From: Octopus bimaculoides
Lineage: Eukaryota
Reading direction: 5' to 3'
DNA length: 64,000 nucleotides
Assembly: GCF_001194135.2 (NCBI RefSeq)
Contig: NC_069003.1
Span: forward strand, 33,126,990 to 33,190,989
Part shown: piece by piece, positions 51,280 through 61,373 of the stretch
Layout of the letters: each line of letters begins with the position of its first letter
Numbering within the stretch: position 1 is the first letter of the stretch
The notes under the pieces: model-generated
What the model saw: the letters and a program-made list of their open reading frames with translations, nothing else
What the model was told of the DNA's origin: nothing
Database searches by the model: none
Position numbers and translations under genes: made by a program

Positions 51280-51530
51280 GTTGTTTATGGAAGACCAACA
51301 GTCGCCCATGCATGCCAGTCTCCTCTCTCCATGCCACTGATGTTATCCAAGGGAAAGGCAAAGGTTGATACAGCTTGACACCAGTGATGTTGCAACTCAT
51401 TTCTACAGCTGAGTGAACTGGAGCAACGAGAAATAAAGTGTCTTGCTCAAGAACACAACACACATCCTGGTACAGGAATCGAACTCACTACCTCATGCTT
51501 GTGAGTCCAATGCTTTAAGCACTGATGGCT
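51280..51530 (-). mobile_element. tRNA-headed SINE family D (related pieces at 13075-13145 and 49500-49690)
   Basis: Minus-strand head gagttcgattcc (B box) then gtgttcttgagcaagacactttatttc..cagttcactcagctgtag. Confidence 0.6.
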
Positions 51531-51722
51531 GTTGCTTTTCTGGGTTTCTCTGCCCTTTGATGAATCTTGTTGTTCATCCCACAGGGTGTCCAAAAATCAC
51601 CCACCTCACCCAGCAAGCTTGGTGTTGGGTTGCTGGTTAAGTCACTGACGACTTGAGCATACAACAGGTTGTACGGAGTTACAAGTTACCAGAAGTGTAA
51701 GAGCAACCCGACACACATTTTT

Positions 51723-51753
<31 letters not shown>

Positions 51754-51822
51754 GAGAGAGATAGAGAGAACAAAAGCAATGTGCTAGTTACCAGCCAACA
51801 GCAGTCAGCTCTTTCTACTTAC

Positions 51823-51920
51823 CTCTTCATTATCATTATCAGAAAAGAGACCCTTTTTAGCAGGGAACACATCAAAGGCTGAGTTATCTTCTTCAGGAAA
51901 ACCACCAAAATGGTTTATGG
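51823..51920 (-). CDS. WASHC2: WASHC2 exon v12 (98 nt, 1-0): AINHFGGFPEEDNSAFDVFPAKKGLFSDNDNEE
   Basis: Acceptor tctctttctctgcag, donor GAG|GTAAGT; KGLFSDNDNEE LFa motif. Confidence 0.92.
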
Positions 51921-52950
51921 CTGCAGAGAAAGAGAAGAAAAAAAAATGCCAGAAACAAAATTTAAAGAAATAAACATAAATAATAGAGAAACAATAAAAA
52001 ATGATCCCTTCTTGGGGTTAAAAATGTTAGTAACATTGGTTTGTATGGAGCAGCCATGTTGAAGTGGTGACAAACATTACTTCACAGCATGATTACTATT
52101 TTCATCTCTTATAGAGGTTTTGTAATTAATCATTTTGCTTGTTGCAAGATCAGTGACTGTGTGTCACTTGGTTTTCTATATATTGTGAGCTGGAATGAAC
52201 TACTGTTCTCTCTAGCTGACAGGTATCCACTACTGAGGATGGACAAAAATAGGCTGTAACCGGCTGGTTTGGTGGTTCTGTCAAGCTGCTAGAAGATGGT
52301 AAGAGTTTGTTCCCCTGCTTCCAATATATATCAGGTGCAGATTGCATTGATAACCAGCTAGAGGAGGCATTCTCTTGGGGTTAAAAAATGGTCGTAACGT
52401 CGAGTCATATGGAACAGCAATGTTGACAAACATTAGTTATTTTGCTTGTTGGAATTAATTTAAGAAACTGAATTTTTAATTAAATTTAAAACTGATTAAA
52501 ATGAGCCCCAGGAGCTGACCTAAGGTTACACAGCAACAGTAAAAGAAACTCATGAGGAAGCCTCAGTGGTTGTTGGACCTGTTAGAAATAGCAGTTATAT
52601 ATCCCTCAAAGAACACCCTATTACTTTAAAGAAGACCAGACAGTTCTGATGGTCTTATGTATCAATAAAAATAACAGGATGGTCATAAATGGAATGCCTT
52701 TGATCAGACCTGCCCTGAGTGTAAACAATAACAGGAAACCTTTATGCGGTTACCTGCAAGAAATAGCAGCCATGTACCCTTCAAATGACACCCTACCATC
52801 TCAAATACAGAAGGATATATTCCATAATATGGTCTATTGTAACTTCATATGAGATGGCCATGGTTGGAATGCTTTTGATTGTATGTCTGGTTGGATCTAG
52901 TCTGACTCAGGACTAAGTAACAACAGCAGCAACAAAAGTGTTTATTGTAC

Positions 52951-53022
52951 CTGGTGTAGGTTCTTTAACAGTGTTCTTTCTGGCTTTTGTTTTCTTTTTT
53001 TGTGAATTACTGGCAGTTGAAT
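52951..53022 (-). CDS. WASHC2: WASHC2 exon v11 (72 nt, 1-1): DSTASNSQKKKTKARKNTVKEPTP
   Basis: Acceptor cttcttttttacctccag, donor CAG|GTACAA; phase fits. Confidence 0.85.
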
Positions 53023-53348
53023 CTGGAGGTAAAAAAGAAGATAAATGGTTCATTTCTTGTGTATGTATAATCATACATACCATATTTTCTGGCATACAAG
53101 TTTTTCAGGCCCAAAATTCCACGTGAAGTGCAGCAGGATTTGGACTAACAATGATGATATTTGAATGTTTTCACATCATGTTTAAACTCTATACATCAAT
53201 TTATGTATCAGTAAGCCTCACTTTGGAAGTTTGGACGACATGAAAAGCAAAGTTGACCTCGGCGGAATTTGAACTCAGAATGTAATAACAGACGAAATGC
53301 CGCTAAGCATTTCGCCTGGTGTGCTAATGATCCTGCTAGCTCACCACC

Positions 53349-53392
<44 letters not shown>

Positions 53393-53408
53393 TGATGAAA
53401 TAACTGAC

Positions 53409-53475
53409 CTTTTCTTTCTGGAACTCCTAGTCTGGCCGCAAGCTCAGCCTGGAGACTACTCTTGTTGAATGGCTT
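53409..53475 (-). CDS. WASHC2: WASHC2 exon v10 (67 nt, 0-1): KPFNKSSLQAELAARLGVPERK
   Basis: Acceptor ttttcttccttctag, donor AAG|GTCAGT; SLQAELAARLG corresponds to FAM21 SFADELAARIKG. Confidence 0.92.
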
Positions 53476-54135
53476 CTAGAAGGAAGAAAAACCAAACTTT
53501 ACATCGTGAATGGAATTAAGAGAAGAAATATGTGTCACGCCCTAACTCTAACAACAGGTGAAGGGAATTACATGCTTGTTTTATAGTATCCGGTCCTTAT
53601 AGTATGCTTTAGATTGGGACCGTTGATACCTCACACTTAAAATAGCTTCTTTACCTTCTTTTTATTCATTGATTGCAATTAGAAAAGACTGGAAGGAATT
53701 ACCAGAATCTAATTACCAGCAATGTGGAATCGGTGAATTCAAAGATCCAGTCTTCGTTCACATTCTCCTTGTATTTGACACCAGGACTTGTCTCTTTTGT
53801 TGAACCACTTAGTCACGGGAACATAAACACACCAACACCAGTTGCCAAGCAGTGGTGGGGTACAAACACAGACATAAAGACTCACACACATAGATATATA
53901 CATATATATGATGGGCTTCTTTCAGTTTCCGTCTACCAAATCCACTCACAAGGCTTTGATTGACCTGAGGCCATAGTAGAAGACACTTGTCCAAGGTGCC
54001 ACATAGTGGGACTGAACCTGGGATCATATGGCTCAGAAGAAAGCTTCTTACCACACAGCCATGCCTGACAGAGTATTTTGAAAGCCTTGTTATACTCCTT
54101 AGCTTTGCTCTTGTTGCAGAGGAAAGAAAAATTAC

Positions 54136-54315
54136 CTCAGGAGTACTTCCTTTGTCTTCATTCTCCTCCTCCTCTTCATCTTCATCACTAAAACTGCGGT
54201 CAGCTTTTGGTTTGCTCTTCTTCTCAAAGCTGTCGTCTTCCTCATCGTCAGATCCACTCTGGGAATCTTTAGTTCCAAACAAATCACCATCACTGTCCTC
54301 TGAATCGTAGGTTGA
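54136..54315 (-). CDS. WASHC2: WASHC2 exon v9 (180 nt, 0-0): STYDSEDSDGDLFGTKDSQSGSDDEEDD...EDKGSTPE
   Basis: Acceptor ttcttttgttgacag, donor GAG|GTAATT; DGDLFG acidic segment. Confidence 0.9.
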
Positions 54316-54465
54316 CTGTCAACAAAAGAACATTCAATTGTTAATTACATAGATTGGTCAAGAGATGGGTTGTTACACATGGATTGGTAATTTAATTAAG
54401 AGATACATCTTTACATACAGATTAGTTATCTAATTAAGAAATCCAAACTGAACAGGTTGACCTAC

Positions 54466-54537
54466 CTCAGTTGCCCTGGTGCTCTTCCTCTTGGGTGGAG
54501 GGGCAGTATCATCATAGTCCATATCTTCATCAGTGTA
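54466..54537 (-). CDS. WASHC2: WASHC2 exon v8 (72 nt, 0-0): YTDEDMDYDDTAPPPKRKSTRATE
   Basis: Acceptor ttctgtatttgtcag, donor GAG|GTAGGT. Confidence 0.85.
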
Positions 54538-54837
54538 CTGACAAATACAGAACAGAGAAATTACTCTTGTGTGGCTTGTGTGAGTGTAGAGTGATGTGTG
54601 TGTGTGTGTATTTGTGTGGAGCGTATGTGTGAGTGGAACAGGATGTGTGTTCATGTGTGGAATGTGATGTAATATATGCGTGTGTAGAGGTGTGTCATAT
54701 GTGTACATGGAGTGTGATGTGATATATGCATGTGAAGTAAAAGTGTGGATGTGTGTGTATGTGTGTGTATGCACATGCACACCTGTGCACATACACACAC
54801 ACACACTGAGTCTCCATTTTCTTTACCTCAAACTTAC

Positions 54838-54923
54838 CTCAGATTCAATCTGGTCCAGTTTACCCTTCTCAGGTTCGGAGTCATCACTCAAGCTGCCATG
54901 GTCAGTTTCACCATCATCTTCTT
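54838..54923 (-). CDS. WASHC2: WASHC2 exon v7 (86 nt, 1-0): EEDDGETDHGSLSDDSEPEKGKLDQIESE
   Basis: Acceptor ctctccttatcag, donor GAG|GTAAGT; phase fits neighbours; acidic. Confidence 0.88.
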
Positions 54924-55278
54924 CTGATAAGGAGAGGGAGAGAGAGAGAGGTAAAGAGAGAATGAGACAAAGTGACGGGAATATAATACACACACACAAA
55001 AAAAAATAAACTTTGATTTCAATTGCAGCCTATACAGGCTTGTAACCTACAGTAGACCCAAAACTGGTGCTGCCCCGGGGTGCACCACCTCCTCCACGCC
55101 ACCTCTAGCTATGTTAGTGAATGCAATAGTATAGAAAGTAAATCTATCTAGGAAGATGTGGAGTTTGAGTTTATGATGGAAAGTAACTTAACTAAAAAGA
55201 AAACCACAAGGTATTTTGTCCAATGGTCAACTGATTTCAACATCCACCACCACCATCAGTTTATTCCTTGAAACTTAC

Positions 55279-55369
55279 CTGAGAAAATCTCTATGAGGCC
55301 AACATTGTCATCTCGCATGAAATCATTGCTACCAATTAGGAATGGAAGTGGCCGATGTATGTAAGGATC
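55279..55369 (-). CDS. WASHC2: WASHC2 exon v6 (91 nt, 0-1): DPYIHRPLPFLIGSNDFMRDDNVGLIEIFS
   Basis: Acceptor tactttgacag, donor CAG|GTAAGT; conserved YIxRPLPxLIGS..F...DVGL motif. Confidence 0.95.
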
Positions 55370-55927
55370 CTGTCAAAGTAAAGAATTACAAAAAAAAAAA
55401 AGAAATCAGAAAAGTTACACATACAGAAAATAGAGAGTAGGTAAAATTAACAAAGAAAAAACAACCTTTTTGAGAACCAGTATTTAGAACTAACTTGTCA
55501 GATGAAAGTTCGTATGATTTTAAGGTCAAGCGGTCATATTTGGTATCTGTCCCATCTGCCCATCTTTTCCGTCCACTATTCCAAGGAGGGTTCTACCAGA
55601 AGCAATTATCATTATACTTTACTTTCTGGTTAGATTCCCAGGCCTGAACAACGGAGACTACGGATATTACTCAATCATCTCATTCTTGGTCTACTCCCTA
55701 GGTCTCTTGCTGGTTGACTTCACTTGAAGAATCCGTCTTACAGATCCATTTCAGCTGATCTTATCAATCAGTTTCACACTGGTAACAGGGGAGTTAACTA
55801 AATCACACATTCCTCAGAGAGGGCACATATGGAAATCAATTGGTAAGATTGGATGAAATGGATCTATAATACTGTATATTCAGATTAATATAAATATATA
55901 TAGGCGTGTATGTGTGTGTGTGTTTAC

Positions 55928-56101
55928 CTTTGCTTCAAAGATTGGATCCACAGTATAGGCAGCATCATCATCTTCTGACTCAGAGTTCCCAGCATTGGTA
56001 TCAAGTTTTTCAAATGACTCATCAATAACATTCAGACCTGAATTGACAGCTTGAGCAATTTTCTGGACCATCATTACTTCTCTTTCTTCTTTACTCATTT
56101 C
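55928..56101 (-). CDS. WASHC2: WASHC2 exon v5 (174 nt, 0-0): EMSKEEREVMMVQKIAQAVNSGLNVIDESFEKLDTNAGNSESEDDDAAYTVDPIFEAK
   Basis: Acceptor tttgtttgttgtag, donor AAG|GTAAAC; matches AVNxGLxV..AFExLD..AGNSDSE motif. Confidence 0.95.
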
Positions 56102-56617
56102 CTACAACAAACAAAGGACGTTTGTAAAATGGTCTTACCACTGGATTGAAGATGGTGACAGACAAGAAAGTGAGGTTTATGGGGCACAAGTCTTCTTCAC
56201 TTTAATTAAGCAAAGTGACCATACAAGTCACGAGTCACCCTTTATGCAGAATAATTCGACTGTTCTCACAGTTCCAACAGATGAACATGTAGCAAAGCCA
56301 TCCAGTGGTTCTTGAGATATCTTGTCCACGGACAAACAAACAAACACAACTGAAAACAATACCTCCGCCTTCGCTAAGGCGGTTGTAATAAGCCTTCCTA
56401 CTATAGGCTCAAGCCCTGAAATTTGGGAGGGAAGAGGGTTAATCAAGTACATTCACCCCCAATGCATAACTGGTGCATATTTTATTCAGCCTGAAAGGAT
56501 GAAAAACAAAAAAGAAAAACAGAACAAGTAAAAGAAGATTTAAAACAAAATAGAACAAAAGGTTGTGTTTCAAAGAAGCCAAACCATAATGTGGAGAATA
56601 TTTTTCTGATTACTTAC

Positions 56618-56677
56618 CGGTTCCTTATTGTTGTTGTTTGTTGTTTCTTTTCCACTGACATCATCATCATAAACACG
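56618..56677 (-). CDS. WASHC2: WASHC2 exon v4 (60 nt, 0-0): RVYDDDVSGKETTNNNNKEP
   Basis: Acceptor cgatcttctttcag, donor CCG|GTAAGT; RVYD continues the conserved ENRVYD motif. Confidence 0.92.
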
Positions 56678-58317
56678 CTGAAAGAAGATCGAAGAATATG
56701 GTAAGACTATGGTGATGGTGTTGATAGTAGCGAGAATGGTGATGGTGGTGGTGAGAGCGACAATGATGGCGATGAAGATGGTGGTGGTGATGAAAGATGC
56801 AGTGATGGTGAGGAAGATGCTAGTGAAGACGTGTTGGATGGTTTGACAGGAACTGGTAAGCCAGTGGACTGCACCAAGTTCCACTGTCTATACTTTGGTA
56901 TGATTTTTATGGCTGGAAGCCCTTCTTAATGCCAACCACTCATGAGAGTGAGTGGACTATATAAGACAACTGCAATGAATATGGTGATTAGCACATCTTG
57001 CATATTTTTGGTTCCTAATCAATTATACAGAATATTTGGCTTAAATATGACCAACACAGGTTTCTGTTGCATAAAGAACTAACAGTTTCATTTGCCTCCA
57101 GCTATTTTTTTGACTCTGCAACTTTATTCAAAGTCTGTTCACTGATGTGGTTCAAAGTGAACTTGAAAGCATTCATGAATGCCTAACATTCTTTCGCTAG
57201 GCAACTATGGTTTTTGAGACAAAAAAAAAAAGTGAGAAGGAGATTTAGAAACTTGATATGGCTATAAACATTACTATGCAGTTGATCTTATCCTGACCTG
57301 AGGTTTAAGTATGGAATGTGAGTCCTAGGCGGTTTAAGTAGGTCAAAGTGAATCTTCAGTTGATTGATGAGTTGTTGATTTTCCAATGTTTTGTACAACA
57401 GCTAACCACTAAATGAGATTAAATTCTTTTAATTGTTTCAGTCATTTGACTGTGGCCATGCTGGAGCACCACCTTAAAGGTTTTTACTTGACCAAAATTG
57501 GCCCCGAGACTTATCTTCTACTAAGCTTGGTACTTATTCTATCAGTCTCTTTTGCTGAACTGCTAAGTTATGGGGACCTACACACACCAGCATTGGTTGT
57601 CAAGCAATGGCAAGGGGACAAACACAAATATATATATATATATACGCTGTGTTATTAGGAAGGGCATCCAGCTGTAAAATCCCTGCCAAAGCAAACATAA
57701 TAGTCTAGGGTACTTTTTCTATCTGGCCAGCTCCCATCAACTGTCCTACCCATGCATGCCTGGAAGATGCACATTAAATGATGATGATGATGATGATGTT
57801 TATTTTCTATGTCAAGTTATAATAAAAACAATTTTACATTAAACTGAAAGATTACACAATACTTTTTGTGGAGCATATATTTATTATTCTTTCACAAGAA
57901 TGGTTAGGAAGCTTGCTTCTCAGCGACATGGTTTCAGGTTCAGTCCCACTGAATGGCACTGTGGGCAAGTGTCTTCTGCTATAGTCTTGGGCTGACTGAA
58001 ACCTTGTGATTGAATTGGGCAGGTGGAGCTTCAGATCGTGTGTATACATGTGTGTGAAAGTGCTTGTGCCTCCCAACAGAAAGGAGGGGTGTTGACAGTG
58101 ACTCTGAAGTTTTGGACTGTGTCCGCTGAAGGATAAGCAGGCCGAAACTTCAAAGTCACAGTCAAACTATTCTTGATAAATACTTTGGCTTTGATGTTAA
58201 ATGATGATGATGTATGCGTGTTTTTTTTTTCCATGTACCTCTATGTCCATAAAGGAAAAAAAAGAAGTAGAAAAAATAGAGATTAAGAAAAAGATTAAAG
58301 GATTAAGGATACATTAC

Positions 58318-58389
58318 GTTTTCCACAAACTGTGAGTTGGCCAGCATAATGAAATCATTGAAGACATTATTCACTTTGACTCCGGTACT
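58318..58389 (-). CDS. WASHC2: WASHC2 exon v3 (72 nt, 0-0): STGVKVNNVFNDFIMLANSQFVEN
   Basis: Acceptor tctctctccctcag, donor AAC|GTAATG; conserved NVFNDFxMLxNxQFxEN motif. Confidence 0.95.
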
Positions 58390-58440
58390 CTGAGGGAGAG
58401 AGAACAAAGACTGCATGAGATATGCTCTGGTTGAGATGTG

Positions 58441-58925
58441 AAGTGTGGTGAGTGTGAGTGGAGACAGGTCAGTGTAAGTGGAGATTGGCAAGTGTGAGTG
58501 GAAACTGGCGAGTGTGAGTGGAAACTGGCGAGTGTGAGTGGAGACTGGCGAGTGTGAGTGGAGACTAGTGAGTGTGAGTGGAGACTGGTGAGTGTGAATG
58601 CAGACTGGTGAGTGTGAGTGGAAACTGGCGAGTGTGAGTGAAGGGCTGGTAAATGTGAGTGGATGCTGGTGATTGTGAGTGGAGACTGGGGAATGAGAAT
58701 GGAGACTGGTGTATGTGAATGAAGAGTGGTAAGTGTGAGAGGAGACTGGTGAGTGAGTGGAAACTTGTGAGTGTGAATGGAGGCTGGTGAGTGTGAATGG
58801 AGATTAGTGAGTGAGAGTGGAGAACAGTGAATGTGAGTGGAGACTGGTAATTGTGAATGGAGACTGGTGAGTGTGAGAATGTGGACTGCCGAGTGTGAGT
58901 GGAGACTTGTGAGTGAGAATGGAGA
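58441..58925. repeat. 20-bp minisatellite (gtggagactggcgagtgtga), about 24 copies
   Basis: Exact period 20 visible at 58501-58620. Confidence 0.95.
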
Positions 58926-59181
58926 TATGGTTGAAGCTGTGGACAATAAGTTCTTATGGTAATACAGTTGTAGTATAGTATGGTGCAACAGCAGAGTACA
59001 CAACAGCACTACAGTGACAGAGCTGTATTACACAGTACAATGGCATACAGTATGGCAAGGAAAAAATAAAAGACCTCTCCAAGTGTGTATCATACTTTGG
59101 TAATGAAGTAATACAGAGGTACAACAATAGTAGTACAGAAGGCAAAATACAAAAAAGAAAAGATCTAAGTGTGTACCGTAC

Positions 59182-59274
59182 CTTGGTTTCATTGACCAGT
59201 TTATTCACCTGGTTCTCAATCTCATGAGTCTTTGATAAAATAGTCTGGGAGAAGTTCTGCAGATGGAGCAGCAG
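59182..59274 (-). CDS. WASHC2: WASHC2 exon v2 (93 nt, 0-0): LLLHLQNFSQTILSKTHEIENQVNKLVNETK
   Basis: Acceptor cctttgtcaacag, donor AAG|GTACGG; matches FAM21 LLQFLQEFSQQTISRTHEI segment. Confidence 0.93.
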
Positions 59275-60999
59275 CTGTTGACAAAGGATGAAAGGCAAAG
59301 TCAACCTCAGCAGAATTTGAACTCAGAACATGAAGACGGATGGCTAAGCATTTTGCCAGGCATGCTAATAATTCTGCCACCTTAATCTTTACACATTATC
59401 TATATATATAAAAATGAGAATGTGTGTCTGTGTNNNNNNNNNNGTGAGAGGAGACTGGTGAGTGAGTGGAAACTTGTGAGTGTGAATGGAGGCTGGTGAG
59501 TGTGAATGGAGATTAGTGAGTGAGAGTGGAGAACAGTGAATGTGAGTGGAGACTGGTAATTGTGAATGGAGACTGGTGAGTGTGAGAATGTGGACTGCCG
59601 AGTGTGAGTGGAGACTTGTGAGTGAGAATGGAGATATGGTTGAAGCTGTGGACAATAAGTTCTTATGGTAATACAGTTGTAGTATAGTATGGTGCAANNN
59701 NNNNNNNNNNNNNNNNNNNNNNNNNNNNNNNNNNNNNNNNNNNNNNNNNNNNNNNNNNNNNNNNNNNNNNNNNNNNNNNNNNNNNNNNNNNNNNNNNNNN
59801 NNNNNNNNNNNNNNNNNNNNNNNNNNNNNNNNNNNNNNNNNNNNNNNNNNNNNNNNNNNNNNNNNNNNNNNNNNNNNNNNNNNNNNNNNNNNNNNNNNNN
59901 NNNNNNNNNNNNNNNNNNNNNNNNNNNNNNNNNNNNNNNNNNNNNNNNNNNNNNNNNNNNNNNNNNNNNNNNNNNNNNNNNNNNNNNNNNNNNNNNNNNN
60001 NNNNNNNNNNNNNNNNNNNNNNNNNNNNNNNNNNNNNNNNNNNNNNNNNNNNNNNNNNNNNNNNNNNNNNNNNNNNNNNNNNNNNNNNNNNNNNNNNNNN
60101 NNNNNNNNNNNNNNNNNNNNNNNNNNNNNNNNNNNNNNNNNNNNNNNNNNNNNNNNNNNNNNNNNNNNNNNNNNNNNNNNNNNNNNNNNNNNNNNNNNNN
60201 NNNNNNNNNNNNNNNNNNNNNNNNNNNNNNNNNNNNNNNNNNNNNNNNNNNNNNNNNNNNNNNNNNNNNNNNNNNNNNNNNNNNNNNNNNNNNNNNNNNN
60301 NNNNNNNNNNNNNNNNNNNNNNNNNNNNNNNNNNNNNNNNNNNNNNNNNNNNNNNNNNNNNNNNNNNNNNNNNNNNNNNNNNNNNNNNNNNNNNNNNNNN
60401 NNNNNNNNNNNNNNNNNNNNNNNNNNNNNNNNNNNNNNNNNNNNNNNNNNNNNNNNNNNNNNNNNNNNNNNNNNNNNNNNNNNNNNNNNNNNNNNNNNNN
60501 NNNNNNNNNNNNNNNNNNNNNNNNNNNNNNNNNNNNNNNNNNNNNNNNNNNNNNNNNNNNNNNNNNNNNNNNNNNNNNNNNNNNNNNNNNNNNNNNNNNN
60601 NNNNNNNNNNNNNNNNNNNNNNNNNNNNNNNNNNNNNNNNNNNNNATATTGTAATTCAACGGTACAACAGTGTAAGACTACCCTTTCAGATATACTTTCA
60701 TTGTGATTTCTGCAATGTGGTGCATAAATTGTCAAGTAAATGAGACGCATCTTTGCCTCCACTGATTCACTTGCAAAGTGTTGAGTAAAATTATTTCGTT
60801 GCAGAGTCTTTTTATTATCACTGCGACACACATAGTCCCCAGTTGGTAACATTGATTTCAAGGTCTTCCCAGATGAGAGACTGGCATTCCACTTAATGTC
60901 TATGTTCCATGCTGGCATGGATTGGAGAGTTATTAATGTAGAAATATGGTATCGTAGCTACTAACAGTTGAGGGTTGCGTAGTCTAGACAGCGTTTTTA

Positions 61000-61047
61000 G
61001 ATTTCATTATTCTCTTTAACCCGAGCAAAGCCGGGTATTTCTGCTAG
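61000..61047 (+). mobile_element. Helitron 3' terminus
   Basis: Subterminal hairpin cccgagcaaagccggg (61020-35) followed 8 nt later by CTAG then T. Confidence 0.6.
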
Positions 61048-61271
61048 TATTAAATACAGATATCAATACTAAATATTATCCTTATACACATAGCAATATT
61101 ATGTATTATCTTTACACACACACACACACCAAACAGATAATAATACCACATATTATCTTTAAACATATATTAAACAGAGATATCAGTATGAAGTATTAAT
61201 CTTTACACACGTAACAAAGATCGCTAAAGAAAACAAGTTAGAATAGAGTGGCATTAAAATTTAATTCTTAC

Positions 61272-61373
61272 CCCAGCATCACCAGCAAGGGACCATTTCC
61301 CTGCAGCAGCTTTGATTTCCTCAATAGTCCAAGGTCGCTCCCACACCTTCGGGCCAACACTGGAATCATCATT
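61272..61373 (-). CDS. WASHC2: WASHC2 exon v1 (102 nt, phase 0-0): NDDSSVGPKVWERPWTIEEIKAAAGKWSLAGDAG
   Basis: Acceptor tttggtttttgttgcag, donor GGG|GTAAGA; matches the FAM21 N-terminal VWERPW..WSLAADAG motif. Confidence 0.95.

Larger units (their letters stand above)
353..61373 (-). other. WASHC2: WASHC2/FAM21 gene span (25 visible coding exons; 5' start uncertain, 3' part continues left of the window)
   Basis: 25 GT-AG exons splice in frame into 907 codons with FAM21 head motifs and repeated L-F-acidic (LFa) motifs. Similarity to human WASHC2 is from recall, not from a search. Confidence 0.95.

Noticed and set aside
52150-52347. ORF with a plausible acceptor between v11 and v12
   Set aside because: Immediate stop codon in the required phase 1
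13375-58030. tRNA genes suggested by A/B-box-like motifs
   Set aside because: The motifs are SINE heads; no complete cloverleaf seen
14229-60918. Long ORFs containing X runs (e.g. 15238-16356, 42938-43987, 59389-60918)
   Set aside because: Artefacts of translating through assembly gaps
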